Part shown: piece by piece, positions 44,441 through 55,831 of the stretch
Numbering within the stretch: position 1 is the first letter of the stretch
How the letters are laid out: each line of letters begins with the position of its first letter
From: Eledone cirrhosa
Lineage: Eukaryota
NCBI GenBank assembly: GCA_964016885.1
Contig: OZ024742.1
Location: 56,296,001-56,360,000, forward strand
DNA: 64,000 bases
Direction of reading: 5' to 3'
Translations under genes and position numbers: made by a program
The notes under the pieces: model-generated
Database searches by the model: none
The model's input: only the letters and a program-made list of their open reading frames with translations
Told to the model about the DNA's origin: nothing

Positions 44441-45427
44441 TGCATATATATATATACATATATATATGCATACATATATGTATATATGCATATATGCATA
44501 CACATGCTTGCCTGTTTGACAATTTGCAAATTGCGGATCTGACATTCACGTTGCTATTTTTAACAGTAATAGAAACGAATAACATATCTTATTTTAATTT
44601 GTGAGATAAAAAAATGTGCAATATGCAATGTACAAATCAAACCCTTTTATACATCTGATTTATTTGATGCATTTAGCAATGTTTTTCAATAAAATTTGAC
44701 ATTCAACGTCTTGGCATATTTAGATTTTTTCTTTAATGGTTCATGGCGACGAATAGACTTTGGCTCTGAACGGGTATTAATGATGTAACTCTCTGGAGCA
44801 TAATATTGATTATTTCAGAAATACACTTATCACAACCATTCTTTTAAAGCATTCTTTTATCTACTAAATGGATTTAATGGTTTTGGTATTGTTGTTTTGC
44901 AGAAACAGTCAACTTTTCAAGATTTTGGCTAATGAACCATTAGCTGTAAATTATTTCGCACAATAAATTACCACGTTCGAAAGACATGATTAATTCAAAT
45001 TAGTGTTCATGGGGTTATAACATATGAAAACACAGGTAGTATTGGCTGTAGGCAACCGATATAGTTTAGACTATTAAGCTTGGCTTTTTTTACAATCTCC
45101 TGCAATGATCAACTGAAACTTAATGAAGATTATTTCTATGATTCTTATATAGCTGTTTGTTTAGAAATTTTATTTAAGAAATGGGTTAAGATATTTGTAC
45201 GCATATCATTAACTCTAAATATAGGATTAACCCAAAGAAAATCAGAAATATTATTATTAATATTAATATCGATACACAGCTTGACTGATTGATTGATGAT
45301 TGATTCATTGTGTATAAATTCACATTGAGAGTTGTTATAAAATTTAAGACTCATGTAAATACACCCTTGCGTAATATTTTGAGTTAAAAACAAACACTGG
45401 CTGTACTTAACGTTTATATTATAATGG

Positions 45428-45855
45428 TTTGGCAATATCGGTAGAGTGTCGGACAACATGCTATGTCGCATAAAGTTACACCGCTTTACCTACCGCGTTC
45501 AAATCCCGCCGTGTTTAGATTTGCCTTTCCTCATTACGAGGTCGATAAAATAAAGTACCAGTCACGCACTGAGGTCGATTTAAACGACTTCCATTCCCCC
45601 AAAAATGTCTGGCCTTGTGCATTAATCAGAAACCACCATTATTATTATTAGGGCGATTGATTGGCAGTATCGTTAGTGCGTTGGACACCATGCTTCGGAA
45701 CAGATAGTTACGGCCCTTTACGTTCTGAGTTCAAATCCCGCCGAGGTTAAATTTGCCTTTGATCCTTACGGGGTCGATAAAATAAAGTACCAGTAATGCA
45801 CTGGGAGAATTGGTGGCCTTGTGCCCAAAATAGAAACAATTATTATTATTATTAT
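45428..45855 (+). mobile_element. Two tandem SINEs with (ATT)n tails; the second tail hosts Tx1 copy 1
   Basis: 45428-45650 and 45651-45855 both show the TTGGCA...GTTCAAATCCCGCC...gtcgataaaataaagtaccag pattern. Confidence 0.85.
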
Positions 45856-48800
45856 CGGTCTGTTCGGACGCTTTTTGCTCGCTCCCAGTAAGTCGCTTTA
45901 TTTACCTGTTATAATTATTTGTTGCTTAATTTTTCTAGTTGTGTAAGGGATATAAGCCCTTGGACTTTGCCCTGTGAAGAGGAAAGTATAATATTTGGGC
46001 CTTTTGGCCCAAATATTTGATTAATATTTGAACATTTTACTTTTAAATTATTTTTAAATTATGGTGAACCACGCCCCCCCCCCCCCCAACAATATATCTG
46101 CTGTCATGTAACAACGGCGTAAAAGTTGAGAGGAGGGTTAGTGAAATTCATACAACAAACACCACCACAAACAACGTGAACAAAGACAACAACACCGAGA
46201 TAAATAATTTTAAAAAAATTACCACACCAACTACAACAATAACAGCGTCAACCAAAATACAGACAACAGAAAAAAATGACAACAAATACAACAACGATAT
46301 TAACACCACTATCAAGAAAATAAATGACAACACTAACAGCAACAATACAAATTGCACCGAAAACAACAACAACGGTGGCACCAAAAACACAACCAACTAC
46401 AACAGTGATAACAGCAACAACACCAACAACACCGTTTGTAGCAGTAGCAACAGCAACATCACCCACAACAAGACCAGTAGCAGCAGTAGCGGTAGTAATA
46501 ATGGTGCCGCTGAAAAAGGAGCCACTACTTTCGCAGGTGTGACCCGAAATATAGAGATAGTGCTAGTCACGGAGGAGGAGATGGCAGTCGCAAGAGCCAT
46601 GGTGTCAAGAAACGACAATAGAGTTTCCTTGAAACCTCCACCCGATTTCTTCAAAGACCAGCAGTTGCACACGGTGACTTAACGCACCGTAAGCAAAATG
46701 TCACATCGGGTGGAGAGTGCCACGGAGGCTCAAATCCAAAAGGCCATGGCGTGCGTCTGGGCACGCACAACCATAATCACACGAGGCAAAAAGTACGCCA
46801 CAGTAGACCTACTTTTCGCCACCCCCAAGAGGCGAAGACTCACACTTTGGAAACCCTAAAGAGTGAGGAGATAGTCTTGGTGCCTCCTACTGCGGGCACA
46901 AAATTGTGAGGGACAAAGTGACCCATGTCCCGTCCGACGTGCCCATTCGTTGGCTGGTCGCGTCTGTACTGGCTGCAATCGAGGAGAAGACCACCATACT
47001 GCAAATACAGAGAATGGGAAGAGAGAACTGGTCAGGAATAGGCATGCAAATGCTAACACAGACTGACCATGAGTGCATCGAGGCAATCCCAGACATCATA
47101 GACCTCGAAGAAGGACTCCAACTCCCTATAAGCGTGGAAGGAAGACGTCCAAATTGCTATCTCTGTGAGCAGAAGGGTCACCTCAGGGCCTTCTGCCCGC
47201 AGAAAACAGCCAAGAAGAGCCCCCCCCCTTCCGACGCCTGATCCGCTGCTATCAAGAGCAGGGCAGGCAACAGAGGCAGAAGACCCTTCCATGGTGATTA
47301 GAATGGCAACGTCCGTGGCACCCATACCAAGGCCACTGACAACTAAAACAGCGGCAGCAGTGGCGGCAACACCAACAGTCGCAGTAGCTACGCCGGAGGT
47401 AAAATCGCCGGAGCGGGCTCCACTACCACCACCAACAGCAGAGGAGCTCATACCCCTCCCGGACGCTGCGGGGTCCGACATGGAGTGTGAGGCGGGAGGG
47501 AGGTAGCAAACGGTCTGCCACAAAAAAAAAATCAAAAAAGAAAAGACCCTTAGCTTCACCCTCCAAAAGCGAAGGCAGACAAAGAGGGATAAAGGCTGCA
47601 AGGAGACTTGCACCAACACCACCACTATCACCATCACCACCACAAGTATCACCACCAACAACAACCACACAAACACCAGCATCACCAAAAACACTAACAT
47701 CAGCATCACCAAAAACACCAACATCGCAAACACAACAAAAAACATACACCCAACAGCAACAACAAGAAAACAGCAACAAATTCACCCCTCCCCCCAAAAA
47801 GTACACAGCCATAAACATGGCAAATAAAGAACTCTTATAACATATAAAGCATCACACAGACATCACAGAAAAAAACTACTACACCCCACCAACACCAAGA
47901 ACTCTCCCGAAAAACATAAACATAATTGAAATCAAAATAGAACATTGCACACTTTTAAAACAAAAATTCCCCAACGCAGTTGGAGACTTCAGAGGGTCGG
48001 TTACCAAGAGGATATGCACTGACATCCTCTTCGAAACACCCATGACCAGCCAAAGGGACAGTTCTACTGTCCCTTCACCACACGATCAAGGTAAGTGATC
48101 CTTCTCACTTACCTCGTTTCTATCCAACATGGCCGTACTTAGAATAGGCAGTATAAATGTATGAGGCCTGGGGTCATCTTGGAAGCAGGGTCACCTGCTC
48201 AACGACCTCAAGTCACTAAACATAGATATGGTGGCCATCAGCGAGACCAGAATCTCCGAAGCACGAGCTTTCGCACCGATCTTCGGCGGCTACGATGTAT
48301 ACGTATCTCAGAGCCGTCCAGGATCGGGTGGGGGATGAGCTGCCGTGCTTTTTCGGAGAGGCTTGGATCTCGCCATACGGGCCATCTACCTGGACCCAGA
48401 AGGTAAGTTGGTGGTGCTGGACATGACCAGCAGCGAAGGCAATGCTTTCAGACTAGTAGCCGTCTACGCCCCAACAGGGGAAGGACGGCCAGATTTCTTC
48501 AGATGTCTAAAGACCTTTCTTGGAACGTTCCGTTCTTTAGTGTTAGTGGGCGACTGGAACAGTATCTTAGATGCACGCTGGGATTATGTGGGGCTAGTAG
48601 ACAGGGCAGGAGGTGTAAAAGTCTCAACAACCTGCTGAGACGTTTTGAACTGTCTGACAGGTATAGACTGGATTATCCGAATGTGCCAATGTGGACATGG
48701 GCAAACCGCATCGGGTCATTCAGATCGTATTTAGATAGGGTATTCTGGAGGGAAACAGATAAGGCTAGTGTAGGTTGTCCACAATTTCAAGTAGTCGACT

Positions 48801-51735
48801 ACACGGACCACAAATTTGTGATTTGTGAAGTTGACTTAGATAGACTCCATAGGCAAGGGCCCGGCTACTGGAAGCTGAACGCGTCGTTCCCGGCGCGCAA
48901 AGATTAAAGAGACCGGATAAGCGAATTAGTTAAGCGTGCGTTGACGGGTGCGATCGTAGTGGTGGTTTACCCTGAACAGGGCTATTAGAGTAGAATCGAT
49001 AAGGTTTAGCAAAGGAGTAGTGATAGAGGAAAATAGAGTAGAAGTAGAGTTAGTTAGAAAGTTAGAAGCGGCGTTTAGGACAGGCATCGCAACCGACGTG
49101 CTTGCGGCAAGATTGGCACTCGACCAATTCTTCAACGCAAAGCATGAAGGCTGCGTTGTCAGAGCTAGAATGCGTGCTCTAAGACACGAGGGGACGAAAG
49201 CCGTTCAATGGTGGAGGCGTGACGTGGAAACAAGTCCACAATTCGGTCTTTTCCTGATCAAAACGAACGCATGTTCTCGAACCCGAGCAGATTTGTGCGG
49301 CTTTTCAACAGCACTTTGCTCAATTGTTCGGAGGCGGCGGCGTGCCGGATTGGAGTATGGACTTCGGTGCATACCTCGACGGACTGCCGCGGCTCTCGAC
49401 GACCGCAACGCAGTGCTGCGAAAAGCCGACAACAGCAGGTGAAATACTGGAAGCGATGGCTGACTGCACGAGGGGTAAATCGCCAGGTTTGGATGGTCTA
49501 CCCTACGAGCTTTATGCGTATATGCCAGACTTGTTCGGCGACCTCTTGGCAAATGTCTACTGCAACTGGCTGCAGAACGGGAGTATTCCCAGTTTGGTGA
49601 ACCGGGGAGCGGTGGTGCTGTTGAGAAAAGATCCGAACAAGGGAGACGTTATAGACAACTTCAGGCCCATAACTCTGCTAAACGCAGAGTTTAAGATTTT
49701 GGCCAAGGTGTTAGCAAAGAGATTGGCGCTTGCCGTCGGTGATCTGGTGGAAGAGGCGCAGATATGCGCCATTCCGGACAGATCCATCCACGACAACCTC
49801 CATCTCATGCGATATATCATAGAGAGGGTGGTTAAGGAACCTGACACAGGTGGGGCCCTGATCAACTTGGATCAATCTAAAGCATTTGATAGAGTCGACC
49901 ATCGGTACCTGGTTGCGGTCCTCGAGGCGGCCGGCTTCGGGCACGTTTTTAGGGGCTGGATCGCTGCGATGCACAGCGACATCTGCTCAATTGTGAGGGT
50001 GAATGCGCAGGATCGTGCGCTTGGTCCGCCAGGGTTGCCCCCTCTCGTACCTCTTGTACGTACTGCACAAATTCGAGACGATGAGGGAGTCCCACGCGAA
50101 CTGGGATGCGGGATATCCGTGTCACCTTACACCGACGACGTCACCGTGGTGGTGTCGAGCACCAAACACGTCCATATGCTCGGCACCTCTTTCAAGGAAT
50201 ACGAAGCGTGACAGGAGCAAAGATAAACCAGGAAAAGTCGGTGGGCTTGCAACTTGGCACCTGGAGAGGCAAGTCCATGCCGTCCGACAGAGTCATGGGG
50301 CGCTGGACGGAAGGACCGGTTAAATTGTTCCGGGTCTGGTTCGGTCCGGAATTCCAGATGGAGAATAACTGGAGCGAGGTGACAAGCAGGGTGGCCTCTC
50401 TCACCCAGAAATGGGCCGTGAGGAGGCTGTCTCTGAAAGGTGGCGAATGAATACATCGCGTCCGTCATCTGTTACCTTGCCCCCGCCCAAATCTGACCAA
50501 AATGGAGCGCCTTCTCTTCTGATTTTTGTGGAAGGGACGTGCTCCCATGGTTAGACGATCCATTTGCTGTCAACACCCGTTGCGTGGACGACTAGGCATG
50601 AACGGCTGATGATGAGCAAACGTGCGCTGAGGCTGCGACATGTCTGCTGCTCCCTTGACGGTGAACAGGTGTGGTCGCCGTTTGCCAGACGCGCTTTTCT
50701 CCAGCTCGTCTCCTTGACGGAGCTGCAGTCCTGGATCAGGAAAGATCGAGGGATAGCGCTTGGAACCTGGAATGTCTCCAAGCGCTCACCGCCCTCTACC
50801 AACTGGGCACTAGTATCGGTGGAACATCCACCTCGGCGTTCTATAGAGGGCTAGTGGAGGGAAAGACCGACGACGTTCTCAGGGAGACCCTGGGCGTCGA
50901 AGACGATCAGCTGTTCGCTCTCTTCAAGAGAACTTTCAGACCAGGGCCTATGGGCAACTTCCAAAAATCCCTGGCCTGGCAGTGCTACCGGGGAGCGTTG
51001 CCGGTTCGAGATAAGCTCTATAGGCACGGAGGTGCTGTCAGCCGAGCCTGTCCGAGATGCGAGCAGGGCGACGAAATCGTCCCGCACGCACTCGTTCAGT
51101 GCCCGAAGATTGCTGACTTGCGGAGCTATGTCGAACCACTGCTGTCGCGTGTAGGACGGATCCGGTTATCGACTGAGTTCATTGCGCAGATATCCCCGCC
51201 ATCCTCCTTTAAAGAGGAGGAAGGGCAGGCAGTTTTCATCTGCCTGATGGCCATGGCGAAAGAGATTGTGTGGTGGACAAGGTTGAAAGGGGTGAAGACG
51301 GACACTTTCCTCTTCGGCCAATCTCTGATTAACCTTTTCAAGTTTCACTTGAAGAGGAAAATCAGGGTGGAGAGGCAAGTGTTGTCTTCTAGCAAGTTTG
51401 TTGAAAGGAGGGTGAAAGTGGCGAGTCTGGTCCGAGTGAACGGGCCCGCTCTGAGTATGCGCCTGTAGACTGAGGAGTGGGAAAAGTGAGAGAGGGCGCT
51501 TGCCCTGGTGGTCTGGGTGGCCGTGGTCTTTTGTGTGGTTTTCACCACGAGTGACCCTCGGAGGTTTCCCCCTTCTTGGGGAATTTTTGTTGTTTGAATT
51601 TTTTTTTTTTATTTCTAGCCCGATTTTGTTATAACCTGTTTACACGAAAAACCCACTTTGTATCGTCCTGTACTATTCTGTGCCGTCTCTAATGTTTTCC
51701 TTCATGTTAGCCCTTGTGGCCAATAAATAAACCAT
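45856..51735 (+). mobile_element. Tx1/L1-clade LINE copy 1 (different subfamily), full-length but frameshifted, flanked by (ATT)n
   Basis: ORF1 remnants (Asn/Thr-rich 46176-46682, knuckle CYLCEQKGHLRAFC) and ORF2 remnants 48129-51468 (GDWN, TDHK, KSPGLDG, LDQSKAFDRV, YTDD, CPRC..HALVQC). 3' end is GCCCTTGTGGCCAATAAA then ATT repeats. Confidence 0.92.
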
Positions 51736-52874
51736 TATTATTAAAATAAATAAAGCATTATTATTATTATTATTACTATCTAATATCTCATTGTAATTTC
51801 TGTTTATTTGGAATTGTTTTGTTTTCTATAGAACCTAAATAGCTGAAATCTGTAACAATTTATTAGGAGAGGTAAAATATATTGTTTAACTGGAGTGCAT
51901 GACTTTCTTCGTATTACATTTAATTGATTTGGCCGTATTTCCTTAATGTATTTCAATTAAACATATTCATTCGCCATGCAGGGAAGATGTAGGAGAAAAT
52001 AAGGAAAACTTATTACTCTATTAAATCACAACAGCTTGAGAAAGAGAAAGAGTGTGTGAATGAGGCCGAGCAAATAGTGTGCGTGAGAGAGAGGGGGTGT
52101 AGTAGTGTGTGGTGGGTGTATGTCAGTGTGTGTGCGTATGTATGAGAAAGAAAGAGACAAGCAAATGATATGGGAGAGCAAGAGAAGAATCATATTATCA
52201 GATCGCTACATATTGGGAAATAGTTCAAAATGTCAACTGTACTTTGAGATAACAATTATCAATAGAAATTTTGGCATTATTTTAAACTTTTACTTCGCAG
52301 AAGCTTGCTAAATGAAGAGGAGGTAACAGATGGTTGACCTATGTAACGGTATTGTGACAATCGCAAACATAATTATTTCCCTTTGTATATAATTTCTTGT
52401 TGACGTTGTGTTTAGGGTGTTGGACATACTGATATAATATCAGGAGTTCGACTCCTGTACATGACGACATGTGTTGTTGTTTTTTGTTTTTTTTTTAGAA
52501 AAATAATTTATTTCACCTTACTTCCGCCAGAAATTGTGACCGACTGAGAGATGCAACAAAGGAAAGATTCAGTGAAACATTTATTCCTTTGTCGCATCTG
52601 ATCTTTTTACAGATGATTTTTTTTTTAAACATTCAAGTTCTTTTTTTGTAAAACGTGGGACATATTTTATCGATCTCTATTAGAATTACCACTAAATTAT
52701 TTCATGAAAATAAACAGCGAAATTAAAAAAGTACACGTACACACGTACACACAGACACAAATAAACATACACACACACACATACATACACACGCGCACGT
52801 TCTTTTAAAAAAATCATCTGTAAAAAGATCAGATCAGACAAAGGAATCAATGTTTCACTGAATCTATCCTAATG

Positions 52875-52992
52875 CTCTACGGTATTCGTCCCACCTCATT
52901 GCACGCTCTGAGTTCAAATCCCACCGGGGTCAACTTTGCTTTCCATGCTTTCGAGGTCAATGAAAAAGTACCAGTCCAGTGCTAGGATTGAT
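52875..52992 (+). mobile_element. Decayed SINE, same family
   Basis: gagttcaaatcccaccggggtcaactttgctttccatgctttcgaggtcaatgaaaaagtaccag. Confidence 0.7.
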
Positions 52993-53670
52993 TCTTCTGC
53001 TATAGAGAAAATCGGCTGTATTCAGACCTGGAGAGGTTTGGGCTCCACCAGGTATAAAAGTGCCTTAGACACGCCGTGTGACGGTGCCTCTATTACTCCA
53101 CAAGGTGTTATGATCTTATATATATAATGGGTACGAATCGAAGTTGCAGGCGCACTATATCAGATACTCATCGAATTGTTAGAGGCAGTCACAGAAGCAC
53201 TCAATGGTGTGAAAAGTTAATTTTTGCCCAGACTAAACACAAAAAGTTAATAAAGTAAGAAGCAAAAGCATGTTGCCACGATAATACAATAACATCGATA
53301 TATACAAACAGGTCGAACACTATATTTATCACACAGACATATATATATATATATATATGATAAATGTGGGTGCAGTTATGTGTAACTATTGATACAGGCG
53401 GATCGTCTGTTAAAGCACTCAACATAGGGTTTATATTTCTGTTTATTCCAGGGTTAAGGCGGCAGAGAGTAAATGCATGTAAGCAGGAAGAGAACTAGTG
53501 TTGCACCATACATAAACTTTATTGTATATGACAATTGTTTCGATTATAATGGTCGGGCCAACTCTACATCAACTTCTAATCAATATAGATATTTATTTAC
53601 ATATATTTATATATATATGTGTGTGTGTGGTTATGGATATATGCATCAGTATGTAAATACGTAGATAGAA

Positions 53671-53730
<60 letters not shown>

Positions 53731-53732
<2 letters not shown>

Positions 53733-53781
53733 GTTTCTATTTATTTGCCACGAGGGCACAAAAGAAGGGGACAAATACAAG
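53731..53781 (-). mobile_element. Extremely 5'-truncated 3' stub of the same Tx1 family, with its own (TATC)n tail
   Basis: Reverse complement cttgtatttgtccccttcttttgtgccctcgtggcaaataaatagaaact-(tatc)n closely matches the copy-2 3' end at ~59485-59533. Confidence 0.85.
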
Positions 53782-53873
53782 ATGCCTTTATTATTTCTCT
53801 TATATTATATTCCTCTCTGTTACATTTTTCCCATTTGTACATATCCATTTCCATATCCATACATACACATATC

Positions 53874-53956
<83 letters not shown>

Positions 53957-54164
53957 GGGATGGACACACGCGTATAACTTGCTGAGTAAGTTCTGTTTAA
54001 ATTTCTATAGAAATTCTTGTCTGATAACTTTAATTTTTGTACCATTTTGTAGAGGGACTGCCAGGTCAAACTTTGATCTGGTCAGTCTCTCAAAATATTC
54101 TACGCCTTTAGGCGAAATAGTTAAAAAAAAAGTTTTTTCTTGTTGAAAAGTCAATATTTTTTAA

Positions 54165-55807
54165 ATGGCCGAAGCTTCTTCACCAAAATTCGAAGGAGGA
54201 AAGGGGAAGATGAACTTACAGCTTCCCCCTGCCACTGTCACAGTAGCAGAGGTCAAGAAGATAGGTCAGCCAGAGGAAGAATTCTCTCCACCTGTTAACC
54301 GACAACTTGCCGTTGCCATGGCAACAACCCAAAGAACCAGCAGCAACAGCAACAACAACAACAATGCGACGGACGAAAGCAACACCAATAACAATAACAA
54401 TAACAACAACAAGACCAATAACGGTGACAACAACAACAATGATAACAACAACACCACCAACGACAACAACAACACAAACAAACAAAATTTCTCCTTCGCC
54501 GAGACGACAAGGAAAACCCTCGACTATCTGCCAGTAGATATAACAAAAGCGAAGGAGCTACTGGCGGATGCGAAAAAATATATAGTGTACGGGGAAAATG
54601 GTTCATTCACAATCCATTCCCCCCCGGAACTAAAAAGCCAGAGACTCCTAAACACGGTCATGTTTAGGACAATCTCGAACAAAAGTAAAAAACCAGCTCA
54701 ACCATCACAGAGCGAGATAGAGCTGGTTTTAAAAGACGTCATGAAGGAGATCACCTTCATTCAGAAGGATAGACTCTACGGGACATATGGTGGGTTTTGA
54801 CAGGTTTTCTGGACCTGGAGAATGACATGCTGGTGTCCATGGGAAAGGCATCGGGTGACGCGTTCAGTGGAACGAGCCTCGAACTTGTAGTTCAAATGAG
54901 GCCCGAAAGGATCGCCCAGATCCCTGAACGCGTCATACTGGATGATCTAACCTTCATCAACATTACCGTTGAGGGTAGACGGCCCTCGTGTTACCTCTGC
55001 GGAACCAGAGGTCACCTGAGGGCTGTCTGTCCCCAACTTAATAAGAAAACCCCAATCCTGCCTACACCACCAACAACTGCACAACCAACACAATCACCAC
55101 AACTACCACTACAAAAACAACCACCACAGCTCAAACCAAAACAAAACAATGTCCAACCCATCCCCTCCACTCAAAAAACAAAAACAATTTCCAAAACACC
55201 CGTACCGCAAACACAACCCGAAAATATACCCCTCCCCTCCAACGCGGAAGATGACCCTAGTTCGTCGTCAGACGAGGAGGAGCACTTCCACACAATCAAA
55301 AGAAAAAAAAGAAAACACACCTCAGACACACAAATAAAAAAAACCCCTCCCCAAAACATAACACTGACACCAACACAAAAGAGCTCACAACAGCAAACAA
55401 AAAACACCACACAAAAACAAAAACATGCATACACATACATAAATACAAGAAACAAAAAACTGTTAAACATTGTGTACAACAACAATCTAATAAAAACACA
55501 AGGGCCTAACTTCACCCAGGCAGGGGATTTCCCCCACCTCAAAATGATTAAGGCCCCACAGGACACCTATAAAACTTTAAAAAACAATTTTAAAGAGGAC
55601 GTGGGTCCCCCCTGCGTCGGGCCCATTAACCGCGTCCTCCTAAAAAACTATCCCACCCCCTCCCCAAACACCCTCACAACTCCAAGCTCCCCAACCACAC
55701 AACACACTGATGCCCCCACACTTCCACAAACCACCACCCCACCCAACAACCCATCCCCCACCCTAATGGAAATTGTGCAGCCCGATACCCGGGACGCAGA
55801 GAGGTAA
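54165..55807 (+). pseudogene. ORF1 of Tx1-like copy 2, broken by an internal deletion and frameshift near 54785
   Basis: ORFs 54165-54800 and 54797-55807 are colinear with copy-3 ORF1 except that the segment between LYGT and the W..GF motif is missing. Zinc knuckle retained. Confidence 0.85.
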
Positions 55808-55831
55808 GTGCCTTTTCTCTTCACCACCAAC

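Noticed and set aside
46148-47818. Hydrophobic membrane-protein-like minus-strand ORFs (also 54216-54606, 55171-55566, 59720-60217)
   Set aside because: They are antisense to the A/C-rich low-complexity ORF1 of the Tx1 elements.
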